From NCBI GenBank assembly GCA_031274895.1, contig JAISPM010000021.1:141-64140 (forward strand): a DNA stretch of 64,000 nt, given 5' to 3'. Made by a program: the position numbers and the translations under genes. Positions 17,510-26,645 of the stretch are shown here, piece by piece (position 1 is the stretch's first letter; each line of letters opens with the position of its first letter). A model generated the notes under the pieces. The model was given only the letters and a program-made list of their open reading frames with translations, had not been told where the DNA came from and ran no database searches. The DNA comes from Alphaproteobacteria bacterium (GTDB lineage Bacteria; Pseudomonadota; Alphaproteobacteria; WRAU01; Hepatincolaceae).

Positions 17510-18418
17510 ATGAGTGATGAATCCGCTGAAAAGCCAAAAATGGAAATGGGAAGTTTCTCTATGAGATTTCTTAAGTCTTTATTTTTAAAAGAAACTACCC
17601 CAAAAATTAAAACACTGGCAAAAGATTTTGTCAATAGAAGGTATTACCAAACTGATAGTGAAGTTTCTCGTATAAATGTTGCTGAAAGAGACACATCCCA
17701 CGAAAAACTGACCGATATTTATATTTCTGATATCAGAAATATAACGAAAGAAAAAATGGAAGTTATTAAAAAGCTATCAGATGGGCAAGGAATTGATAGC
17801 GAATTTGATTCTTTCATAGACAAAAATTCTAAGGAGAATCCTCCAAGAATCGAGGAAGAATCAGCCCCTCAAAAGCCGCAAAAAAAGAGTAAGGCTTTTT
17901 CAGGTTTAGATAATATCTATAACGAAATAATGGCAGCAAAGGCGTCTCCTAAAAAAAGTAAAAATGCTAAAAAATTTCGTTCGTATGAAGATTCTTACGA
18001 TGAAGACTATATTGAACGTGAGAAAATTGAATATAATCCAAGAAAAACATCTGCACAACCTGCTAAAAAGGTAGCTTCTTCAGGAAAGACTACTGCTAAT
18101 CAATATGGGAATTCTGCAAAAGGCTCCAAATACGAATCGCGTAAAGTTGTGGCAGAAACACCTGTTGCTTCATTGCCACGCAAAAAAAATCGTTCTTACA
18201 CCGCAGAGAATCTTCAAAAAGATTTTGGTGAGATTGACCATCGTGAATTTACAAATATCGATAACAGAACCCGTCGAGATTTAGAAGAATACAGTAGAAA
18301 AGTTGTTAGAGAAAAAGATGTTGATGAGGACGATAATTCCGCAGGGAGTATTTACCAACAACGTTCTAAACCATCATATCAACGGATGGCAGCTTCCAAG
18401 AAATTTCCTAAGATGTAA
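17510..18418 (+). CDS. Hypothetical K/E/S-rich, probably disordered protein
   Basis: Long ORF with strongly biased composition and no recognisable motif. Confidence 0.4.
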   Translation: MSDESAEKPKMEMGSFSMRFLKSLFLKETTPKIKTLAKDFVNRRYYQTDSEVSRINVAERDTSHEKLTDIYISDIRNITKEKMEVIKKLSDGQGIDSEFDSFIDKNSKENPPRIEEESAPQKPQKKSKAFSGLDNIYNEIMAAKASPKKSKNAKKFRSYEDSYDEDYIEREKIEYNPRKTSAQPAKKVASSGKTTANQYGNSAKGSKYESRKVVAETPVASLPRKKNRSYTAENLQKDFGEIDHREFTNIDNRTRRDLEEYSRKVVREKDVDEDDNSAGSIYQQRSKPSYQRMAASKKFPKM

Positions 18419-18423
18419 AAGAA

Positions 18424-19134
18424 TTAATACAAACTCTTACCATAATTCTTCAACCATAGCTTAGCTTCTTTCTTATAAGGAGTTAGTTGTTCAAGCAGTC
18501 GCCAAAACCTGTCGCTATGGTTAAATTCTATTAAATGTGCGACCTCGTGCGAGACCACATAATCTATCACAAACACAGGAGCCATAATTAAGCGATAATT
18601 ATACTGCAGTTTTTTAGTAGCACTGCAACTTCCCCATTTAGAGGTAGTGTCTCCTACGCCTACATTATTAAACTTAGTATTAATCTGCTGCGCTTTATAC
18701 TTTGATAATTCATAAAAATAGCTGGTGGCGATTTTCTTTAAAAATTTAATAAAAGTTTTTTCAATTGCGGATAAATCGTTTAAATCTTTAAATTCCAAAT
18801 ATAGCTCTCTATCATCCATATTAATGGTAATTTTATTCTTTTTGGCTGATATTTTAATTATTTTATAGATATTACCGTAAATGGAAACTTCTTGTAATGT
18901 GGCAAAATAGTTTGATTGATTTATACTGGAGGTTTTTGCCAACTGCGCCTCTACCCAAGTGTAATTTTTTTTAAAAAAATCCAACGCAGTTTCATAAGTT
19001 TCTCTGTAGGGGATTGATATAACAGGCTGTTTGGTTTTTAAATTAAGACGCAGGGTGATTCGCTTGGCATTTTTGCGCTTAATAATACTTAAAGCGTAGG
19101 TATTATCGTGTATTGTAATATTAAATATCTTCAT
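18424..19134 (-). CDS. YgjP-like (DUF45, M48-family) metal-dependent hydrolase
   Basis: SKWGSCS...YNYRLIMAP...DYVVSHEVAHLIEFNHSDRFW is the family signature. Confidence 0.8.
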   Translation of the reverse strand: MKIFNITIHDNTYALSIIKRKNAKRITLRLNLKTKQPVISIPYRETYETALDFFKKNYTWVEAQLAKTSSINQSNYFATLQEVSIYGNIYKIIKISAKKNKITINMDDRELYLEFKDLNDLSAIEKTFIKFLKKIATSYFYELSKYKAQQINTKFNNVGVGDTTSKWGSCSATKKLQYNYRLIMAPVFVIDYVVSHEVAHLIEFNHSDRFWRLLEQLTPYKKEAKLWLKNYGKSLY

Positions 19135-19141
19135 CTAGGAT

Positions 19142-19337
19142 CTCTAATTCCCCTTCGCTGGCGAAGGGGTGGGCGATATTATCGCTCGGGGTAGTGGAAC
19201 TAATTTTAAATTAATTAATAAATTTTTCATTGAATATATATATTTTTAATATTGGCTGATTTTTTTATTTATATTGTTTACCACTACCCCGTCCTGCTTC
19301 GCAGTCCACCCCTTCTCTTTGAGAGGGGAATTTAGAG
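19142..19337. repeat. Type-A repeat, full-length composite palindrome A2
   Basis: The left half is ctctaattccccttcgctggcgaaggggtgggcgatattatcgctcggggtagtggaa. The centre is AT-rich. The right half is ttaccactaccccgtcctgcttcgcagtccaccccttctctttgagaggggaatttagag. Confidence 0.9.
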
Positions 19338-19784
19338 ATTTTCTTCATCAATAATATATTCTATAATTTCGCCACGAGCAGCAGAGGGGTGGATAACAAA
19401 TTCTTTTGCCGAATTACCGCTTGTGATTGTAGAATCTGCCCTACCTGTAATTAGTGGATGCCATGCAGGCAAATCTTTTTTTTCTTTAATTAAACGGTAA
19501 GCGCAGGTTTTAGGCAGCCATTTAATTTCATAAACTTTTTTAGGCGTAATTTTAATGCAGTCTTCCATGTATTTAAAACGTTTCTCGTAAGAAGAACATC
19601 GGCAAGTATCAGGATCCAACAATCGGCAAGATATGGCTGATGTATACACTTCTCCTGTATCTATGTCTTCAATTTTTTCCAAGCAGCATTTACCGCAACC
19701 ATCGCATAGGGATTCCCATTGCCGTTCGTTCATGTTTTCTAGTGGAATATGGAGCCAAAATTTATCCATTATTTTATGCGCCAT
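19332..19784 (-). CDS. ycgN: YcgN-family (UPF0260) cysteine-cluster protein
   Basis: WESLCDGCGKCCLEK...CRLLDPDTCRCSSYEKRF. The stop codon lies in the terminus of repeat A2. Confidence 0.8.
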   Translation of the reverse strand: MAHKIMDKFWLHIPLENMNERQWESLCDGCGKCCLEKIEDIDTGEVYTSAISCRLLDPDTCRCSSYEKRFKYMEDCIKITPKKVYEIKWLPKTCAYRLIKEKKDLPAWHPLITGRADSTITSGNSAKEFVIHPSAARGEIIEYIIDEENL

Positions 19785-21160
19785 GTGGTTTTTGTAGGCG
19801 AATCTTCAATAATAATATCTAAGGAGCCTAAATAATCTCTGATTCTATCGGATTCTTTGAAATCTTTATTTTGTTTGGCAATACTACGTTTTTCCAGCAG
19901 TTGTTCTATTTCATTTTCGGTAATTTTTAACTTAGATGTTTTTAAAGTAAACCAATCTTGAGGATTCTCATAAAGCAAGCCTAACATATTGGCACTTGCT
20001 AAAAGTTGTGATTTTGCCTCAACACTAGGATTACTCTTAGCCTCATTTAGCATTTTGTATAAAATACTTATGGCGAGGTGAGTGTTTAAATCGTCGCACA
20101 GGGCAGATAGAAACTCAGCATTAGGTTTGCTTGGTTTTTCTGCAATATGTTGGCTACTATTGAGAAAGTCGTAAAATTTATCTAAGGTCTCGGTAGATTC
20201 TTGCAAAGATTTTTGAGAAAAATCCAATGGACTGCGGTAATGGGTTTTAAGTAGCGACAGGCGCACTACCTCGCCATGATGTTTTTTAAGAGCTGCATTT
20301 AGGGTGGTAAAGTTTCCCAAAGACTTAGACATTTTCTGACCGTCCACAACTACAAAATCATTATGCACCCAGTAATTTGCTACATTATTGTGCTGATGAC
20401 GATTTTCATCGGCATCACGGTGGAAATAACACACGCTTTGGGCGATTTCGTTTTCATGGTGCGGAAATATTAAATCTTTGCCACCGCCGTGAATATCAAA
20501 ATTCTCGCCCAGTAAATCAACAGACATAGCCGAGCATTCCATATGCCATCCCGGACGTCCGTATCCAAATGGCGAATCCCAACCGCAGTTATCTTCTACA
20601 GCTGCCGGTTTCCATAATACAAAATCTTCAGAGTTTTTCTTTAAATCGCTGACTTCAATTCTGGCACCATGGAGTATTTCTTCCATGGAAATTCCGCTGA
20701 GTTGACCGTAATCAGGATATGATTTCACATCAAAATAAACATGCCCCCTTGCCACATAGGCATAACCATGGGAAATGAGGGATTCTATCATGGCAATCAT
20801 TTTTGCAATATAATTAGTGGCTTTAGGCTCAAATGTAGGTGCAATCGCATTAATTTTGGCAATATCTTCATGGAAAGATTTAATGGTTTTTTGCGTTAAC
20901 ACTGCAGGTAATTCATTATTTTCTCGGGAGCGATTAATAATTTTATCGTCCACATCCGTAATGTTTCTAACATAAACTACGTCCTTGTAAAGATATTTTA
21001 AAACTCTGTAAAGAGTATCAAAAACCACTACGGGGCGCGCATTGCCAATATGAATGTAATCGTAAACCGTTGGTCCGCATACATACATTTTTACTTGGCT
21101 AGCATTAATAGGAACAAATAATTCCTTAGTTTTAGATAATGTATTAAAAAGGTATAGCAT
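19769..21160 (-). CDS. cysS: Cysteine--tRNA ligase
   Basis: YVCGPTVYDYIHIGNAR (HIGH-type) and KMSKSLGN motifs. Confidence 0.92.
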   Translation of the reverse strand: MLYLFNTLSKTKELFVPINASQVKMYVCGPTVYDYIHIGNARPVVVFDTLYRVLKYLYKDVVYVRNITDVDDKIINRSRENNELPAVLTQKTIKSFHEDIAKINAIAPTFEPKATNYIAKMIAMIESLISHGYAYVARGHVYFDVKSYPDYGQLSGISMEEILHGARIEVSDLKKNSEDFVLWKPAAVEDNCGWDSPFGYGRPGWHMECSAMSVDLLGENFDIHGGGKDLIFPHHENEIAQSVCYFHRDADENRHQHNNVANYWVHNDFVVVDGQKMSKSLGNFTTLNAALKKHHGEVVRLSLLKTHYRSPLDFSQKSLQESTETLDKFYDFLNSSQHIAEKPSKPNAEFLSALCDDLNTHLAISILYKMLNEAKSNPSVEAKSQLLASANMLGLLYENPQDWFTLKTSKLKITENEIEQLLEKRSIAKQNKDFKESDRIRDYLGSLDIIIEDSPTKTTWRIK

Positions 21161-21171
21161 TTAAATTAGCT

Positions 21172-21361
21172 CCCTAAATTCCCCTTCGCTGGCGAAGGGG
21201 TGGCAGCAGAGCTGACGGGGTAGTGGAATTAATTTTAAATTAATTGATAAAACTTTCATTGAACTATTATGCTTACTGATACTACTTTTTTATTTATATA
21301 TTTTTCCACTGCCCCGTCCACCTTCGGTATCCACCCCTTCGCCAGCGAAGGGGAATTAGAG
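21172..21361. repeat. Type-A repeat, full-length composite palindrome A3
   Basis: It has the same two inverted halves and AT-rich centre as A2, and the centres are alignable (aattaattttaaattaatt.ataaa...ttcattgaa...). It lies between cysS and gltX. Confidence 0.9.
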
Positions 21362-22684
21362 TTATAAACTTTTTAACCTTTCTTGTAATTTATTTCTACC
21401 GATTAAAGCAATCAGCGATTTAAAATCGGGACCATTTTCAACCCCACTAAAGGCTAAACGTAGCGGATGAAATAATTCTTTGCCTTTTAAACCACTTTTG
21501 GCTTTAATGTCTGCTATCCAACTATCCCAATCTAAAACTTCAGGCATGGTTTCAAGAGCAATTTTTATCAACTCTTTATTTTCCACATGCGCATTTATAT
21601 CACCGTAAACGATATTATACCATGTAGCAATATCTTGGAAGCCTGTAATGTTGTGCTTAATAATCTCCCAGAAATTTTCATTAACATCTAAATTTAATAA
21701 ACGCAGAATCATAGCGTGCATTTCTTCAAAACAACGGGTTTGCAAAATGTATAAATTTATTTTAAGCAGTTTTTCTTCGTCAAACTTAGCAGCGGCAGAA
21801 TTATATTTTTCTAAGTCAAAATCCGCAATAATATCGTCTGTTTGAATATAAACTTTATCGCGCTCACCAAGACCCAGCATAAATAAATAATTATTAATTG
21901 CCACAGGATGAATGCCTTTGGCTCTTAAATTCCGCAACGATAATGCACCGTCTCTTTTAGAGAATCCTTCACCCTCGTTATTGGTAATAAGCGGTAAATG
22001 GGCGAATATCGGCACAGCTGCACCTAGGTATTGGAACATTTGAATCTGCACGGCGGTGTTTACCACATGGTCTTCACCTCTAATAATGTGGGTAATGCCT
22101 GCGTCTATATCGTCAATTACCGAGGTTAAAATATATAAAAAACTGCCATCTTCACGCACTACCACCGGGTCTGATATATGCTCGCCTTTAAAGTTTAAAT
22201 CACCCTTGATAAGATCTTTCCATGCAATATCGCTATAATCTATTTTTAAGCGGTAATATGGACGACGACCTTCAGCTTCAAATTTTGCTTTTTCTGCATC
22301 TGTTATTTTCAGCATGGCTCTATCGTAGATAGGCGGCTTTTTCATGGCGATTTGTAGCTTTTTCTTATAAGCTAATTCTTCGGCAGTTTCATAGCAGGCA
22401 TAAACAAGGTTTTCTTTTTTAAGTTTTTCTAAAAATTCATTGTAAATAGCCAATCTATCAGATTGTTTAAACTCATGCACCCAGCCAATACCAAGCCATT
22501 TTAAATCTTCATGCACGCCGTCGATGTATTCTTGTTTAACCCGTCCAATATCAGTATCATCTATTCTTAAGATATAATCGGCGTCAATTTTTTTAGCTAA
22601 AAAATAGTTAAGAGTTGCCATTCGAGCATTACCTAAATGCAGATAACCCGTTGGGCTTGGTGCGAATCTAACTTTATATTTCAT
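21362..22684 (-). CDS. gltX: Glutamate--tRNA ligase
   Basis: RFAPSPTGYLHLGNAR and a class I Rossmann fold, with FSKRDG in place of KMSKS. Confidence 0.9.
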   Translation of the reverse strand: MKYKVRFAPSPTGYLHLGNARMATLNYFLAKKIDADYILRIDDTDIGRVKQEYIDGVHEDLKWLGIGWVHEFKQSDRLAIYNEFLEKLKKENLVYACYETAEELAYKKKLQIAMKKPPIYDRAMLKITDAEKAKFEAEGRRPYYRLKIDYSDIAWKDLIKGDLNFKGEHISDPVVVREDGSFLYILTSVIDDIDAGITHIIRGEDHVVNTAVQIQMFQYLGAAVPIFAHLPLITNNEGEGFSKRDGALSLRNLRAKGIHPVAINNYLFMLGLGERDKVYIQTDDIIADFDLEKYNSAAAKFDEEKLLKINLYILQTRCFEEMHAMILRLLNLDVNENFWEIIKHNITGFQDIATWYNIVYGDINAHVENKELIKIALETMPEVLDWDSWIADIKAKSGLKGKELFHPLRLAFSGVENGPDFKSLIALIGRNKLQERLKSL

Positions 22685-22687
22685 GCT

Positions 22688-24304
22688 TTATTTTCCTTTA
22701 AAACTATCACTAATATTGTATAAAAAAGCCTTACCAAAGGGGCGGGTGCTGATATTTGCTCCCATAGGGCTTTGCAATCTTTTATAGTGGCTGTTTTTTA
22801 ATAATTTCAGGGTTTTATCCACTAAACCACTATCAAATAGTTTGTATAAATGCTGTTGAGGCGTATTTTTTTCTATAATTTGATATAGTATAGCATCTAG
22901 CGTATTATAATCCATTAGAGAATCTTCATCATATTGATTTTCTTTTAATTCTGCCGATGGTTTGCGCTCAATTGCCATGGTAGGAATTACGGGCGATTTC
23001 TGATTGCGCCATTTGCTAAGTTCAAACACTTCGGTTTTGTAAAGGTCTTTGAGTAAATTATAGCCGCCGCAGGTATCGCCGTAAAGGGTGCAGTAGCCTG
23101 TGGCAATCTCACTTTTATTTCCTGTGGTTAATACCATAAAATTGTTGTATTGATTCGCATGCGCCATTAAAATTTGCCCACGAATTCTTGCCTGAATATT
23201 ATCTAGCACGTTATTTTCATTAAGATTTAATTTGTTGTGGAGCGATTCTTCATAAGACTTTACTAAGGAATCAATAGGGATTTCAATAATCTTAATACCT
23301 AAATTATTTTTAATGTCTTCAATAATATCGTAAGATAATTGCGAGGTATATTGCGATGGCATGGAAATTCCCAACACATTCTCGGCTCCTAAAGTATCGG
23401 CAGCAATGGTGGCAGTGAGGGTGGAATCTATACCGCCGCTCATACCGATAATTACTCCTTTGAATCCTGTGGATTTCAGAAAATCTTTCAAGCCCAGTTG
23501 AATAGCTTCATAAATGAGTTGGTTTTTGTCGTTCTCCGACCCGTCATATCGCCGCAGGGCGGTATCCATATCAATCTTTTTATGAGCAACACTAAAATTT
23601 AACGAATCCTCTTTGGCATGAGCTAAACATCCTAACTCATTGCCGTGTGAATCCATTAAAAAAGAGCTACCATCAAAAATTACATCATCAACACCACCCA
23701 CGGTATTTAAATATAATAGCGGAGCTTGCAGGGTGGTAGTCGCATATTTTGCTACCTGTAGGCGTGAGGTATGCTTTGAGATTCCCTCAAAAGGTGAGGC
23801 ATTAATGCTGATAATTAACTCAACATTAGCACCCACAAGGGAATCCACGATGTTCGCATGCCACATATCTTCACACACAAAAATTGCGATATTTTTATTG
23901 TTAATCTCAATAATATTGGCAGATTCTTTGGCTGCAAAATAGCGATGTTCGTTAAACACACCATAATTCGGGCGTTTATTTTTATAGATAATTTCTACTA
24001 TCTCGCCATCGTTTATACATAAAGCCACGTTATAAATTTTGCCATCCTCAAAATAAGGAGTTCCTAGTATCAGCGTAGCTTTCTTATGGGTCGTGTAATT
24101 TTTAATAATTTCTATGTGTTTTTTGATAGCTTCTTGAAAGTCTATGGAGAAAAGATTATCCATTGGGCTATAGCCGCTAAGAGCTAATTCCGGAGTTATT
24201 ACAATATCGGCATTACTGCTATCATAAAAACTAAGAATTTTTTCCATATTGGCTTTAAGATTCCCCAATTGCGGGTGCATTTGCAGGGCGGATATTTTCA
24301 GCAT
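22688..24304 (-). CDS. nadE: Glutamine-dependent NAD+ synthetase
   Basis: N-terminal CN-hydrolase domain (ITPELALSGY, VCEDMW) plus a C-terminal GMSGGIDS PP-loop ATPase domain. Confidence 0.9.
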   Translation of the reverse strand: MLKISALQMHPQLGNLKANMEKILSFYDSSNADIVITPELALSGYSPMDNLFSIDFQEAIKKHIEIIKNYTTHKKATLILGTPYFEDGKIYNVALCINDGEIVEIIYKNKRPNYGVFNEHRYFAAKESANIIEINNKNIAIFVCEDMWHANIVDSLVGANVELIISINASPFEGISKHTSRLQVAKYATTTLQAPLLYLNTVGGVDDVIFDGSSFLMDSHGNELGCLAHAKEDSLNFSVAHKKIDMDTALRRYDGSENDKNQLIYEAIQLGLKDFLKSTGFKGVIIGMSGGIDSTLTATIAADTLGAENVLGISMPSQYTSQLSYDIIEDIKNNLGIKIIEIPIDSLVKSYEESLHNKLNLNENNVLDNIQARIRGQILMAHANQYNNFMVLTTGNKSEIATGYCTLYGDTCGGYNLLKDLYKTEVFELSKWRNQKSPVIPTMAIERKPSAELKENQYDEDSLMDYNTLDAILYQIIEKNTPQQHLYKLFDSGLVDKTLKLLKNSHYKRLQSPMGANISTRPFGKAFLYNISDSFKGK

Positions 24305-25522
24305 TTAATTACTCTTATTTAATGTTTTACCACTACCCCGTCCGCCTTCGGCGTCCACCCGCAACGCCTGAGCGAAGGGGAATTTGAGGTTATTCAATTT
24401 ATTTTGCCATTTTTTCACTAAAAATTCGCGACCAACTTTTACACTCAAACAACCATTGTAAGATACAATATCGGCAGTGGTGTAAGTATCGCTCCAGTGT
24501 TGCGGAATATAAGAACCCGTGCCAACGGCATTAATGGGCGCATTAATTTTAGACATCAACAAACATTTTTTTAAGTTAAATCCGCTGGAAACAATGATTT
24601 TAACGTTTTTAAATCCTGCCTCATCCAGTTTTTCTCTTAAATAAAAAATTGCGGCTCCACTAACGCCCATGCCTGCGAGATAATCTATTTCTTCTTCGTC
24701 TTTATATTCATGGAAAGCAGAAGCGACATATTTATCAATAACTGCGTAAGATTTATCGGAATCTAACCCCTCTAAATACCTTGCGCCATGGGTATCTATA
24801 CGGACACTTAAATTGCCGTTGTCTGCCATATCTTTAAAGTTATTACATAATTCAAGAGTATCAGTAATTTCCTTACCAAAATAATCCACTAGCACTGTCA
24901 TTTGAGCCGGACGGAAAGTTTCGTAATACATTTGAGCTGCGCCTAGGGTAGAGCCGGCATAGCCAATCAGCGAATGCGGCATGGTGCCTAGTCCACTTGT
25001 ATTACCAAAGAAATGTGCCGAAGAATCAACGCTACCGCCAATAAAGCCAATGGCTCCCTCATCCTTAGCCACTTTAGAACCTACCGCTGCACCGTATTCG
25101 CACATATCTACCATATTGTCCCCAACGCAATGCCTTGCCAGCATGGAAATAAAAGTTGATTTTGGCAAAGCTACACTCATATTATAAGCATTCCAAGCGC
25201 ACAGGCAAGCCAGTCCAACCTTTTGCAGAATTAAAGTTTCTAATTCTGATAATTCTTTAAAAGAGCCTCTTATAAAAAAAAGAGGATCGCCCGCACCGAC
25301 CTTATCGCCTTCTTTAAAGTTTTCATATATTGTGAAGTTATAACCTAAAGATTCCTTTACATCTTGTAAAAAATCCATAGCAAAACGTAGGGCGTAAATA
25401 GATGGTTTTCGCACAAAAAAACCGTAAACAACTTCCACATCTCCATGTTTTTCTACCACTTGCGAGGTGCTGCTGAAATATTTATCGGTGTTTTTTTTAA
25501 TAAAATCAGTGGAAATTTTCAT
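24305..25522 (-). CDS. Nicotinate phosphoribosyltransferase-like protein (COG1488 type) with a repeat-encoded C-terminal tail
   Basis: Size and motifs (GTMPHSLIGY, RIDTHG, SSGFN) fit type II PRTases. The stop abuts the nadE ATG. The last ~26 codons are type-A repeat sequence. Confidence 0.7.
   Translation of the reverse strand: MKISTDFIKKNTDKYFSSTSQVVEKHGDVEVVYGFFVRKPSIYALRFAMDFLQDVKESLGYNFTIYENFKEGDKVGAGDPLFFIRGSFKELSELETLILQKVGLACLCAWNAYNMSVALPKSTFISMLARHCVGDNMVDMCEYGAAVGSKVAKDEGAIGFIGGSVDSSAHFFGNTSGLGTMPHSLIGYAGSTLGAAQMYYETFRPAQMTVLVDYFGKEITDTLELCNNFKDMADNGNLSVRIDTHGARYLEGLDSDKSYAVIDKYVASAFHEYKDEEEIDYLAGMGVSGAAIFYLREKLDEAGFKNVKIIVSSGFNLKKCLLMSKINAPINAVGTGSYIPQHWSDTYTTADIVSYNGCLSVKVGREFLVKKWQNKLNNLKFPFAQALRVDAEGGRGSGKTLNKSN
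24327..24388. repeat. Type-A repeat, half copy A4 (reverse), inside a CDS
   Basis: ttaccactaccccgtccgccttcggcgtccacccgcaacgcctgagcgaaggggaatttgag. It is translated in frame as NLKFPFAQALRVDAEGGRGSGK. Confidence 0.85.
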
Positions 25523-25532
25523 AGATTTTTCC

Positions 25533-26642
25533 CTATTTAATTAGTTTTGCCAAGAGTTCTGCTATTGCAAAAGATTGTTCTTTATTTAAGCGTGGGTCGC
25601 ACAGGGTTTCGTATTTTGTGCCGAGTTCCTTAACATCACCTACACATTCATAAATATCGTTTGGTGAGTTTTCTAAATGAATTCCACCAAATTTTACGCC
25701 ATTTTTCGCTAAAATCTCTGCAAAATCGCTTATTTCAGTGATTATATCAGCTAAATTACGAGTTTTATAGTTATTTTCGTTTTTATAAGTATTGCCGTGC
25801 ATGGGGTCTGCAGTCCACACCACGTGCAAGCCTGCATTTTTAACTGCACTAAGAATATTTTCTAGGAAAATTGGTGTATGTTTAACGCCCATCCTGCTAA
25901 TTAAAATTATTTTTCCGAGTTTATTTTGTGGATTCAATAACTTAATTATTTCTATTAAATCGCCTATTTCTATTTTATGGCTGACTTTAATGCCGATAGG
26001 GTTTTCAATTCCCCGCAAATACTCCACGTGCGCGCTCGCCCTAAAGCGAGTTTTTTCGCCTAACCACAGCATATGGGCTGATACATTATAATATTTATTA
26101 TCCTCACATAGGCGTGTCATAGCTTCTTCATAATGTAAGTTTAGAGCTTCGTGTGAGGTAAGTATTGGCTTGGCAGATTGCAAAATTATTTCATACGATT
26201 TTTTAGATGCTTCATATGCTAACAGCATGCGCTTAGGGTCTAGTTGACGCAAAGTATAATCATGAAACATATCGCCCTTGTAAACAGGGATTTTTTCACC
26301 GTTTACTTCCTCAAAATCTTCACTTCTGGGCTTAGAATATTGCCCTGCAATTCTACCGATTTTTATAATATTATCAACAGGTAATAAATTGCAAAATTCT
26401 TCAATAAAATTTATACGATTATTTATATCATCATCTGTGGCATTGGCGAAAGTTTCCGCACACTCGCCCATTTGCACAATAAAGCCACCACCACACAAAC
26501 GCTGCTTGAAAGCATTAATGCTATCAGGCGCAACAATACCATCTTTCGCAGATAGCTGCCTTTTAATATCATCAATATCTTCATTATATTTTGGCATATG
26601 AATTGCGGTAAATTTTTGCCAAGAGTTAGTAGACCAGTTCAT
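25533..26642 (-). CDS. 3-deoxy-7-phosphoheptulonate (DAHP) synthase, class II-like (short)
   Basis: N-terminal WSTNSWQKF...QMGECAETF and C-terminal DPMHGNT and GGIHLE motifs of class II DAHP synthases. Confidence 0.75.
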   Translation of the reverse strand: MNWSTNSWQKFTAIHMPKYNEDIDDIKRQLSAKDGIVAPDSINAFKQRLCGGGFIVQMGECAETFANATDDDINNRINFIEEFCNLLPVDNIIKIGRIAGQYSKPRSEDFEEVNGEKIPVYKGDMFHDYTLRQLDPKRMLLAYEASKKSYEIILQSAKPILTSHEALNLHYEEAMTRLCEDNKYYNVSAHMLWLGEKTRFRASAHVEYLRGIENPIGIKVSHKIEIGDLIEIIKLLNPQNKLGKIILISRMGVKHTPIFLENILSAVKNAGLHVVWTADPMHGNTYKNENNYKTRNLADIITEISDFAEILAKNGVKFGGIHLENSPNDIYECVGDVKELGTKYETLCDPRLNKEQSFAIAELLAKLIK

Positions 26643-26645
26643 TAT

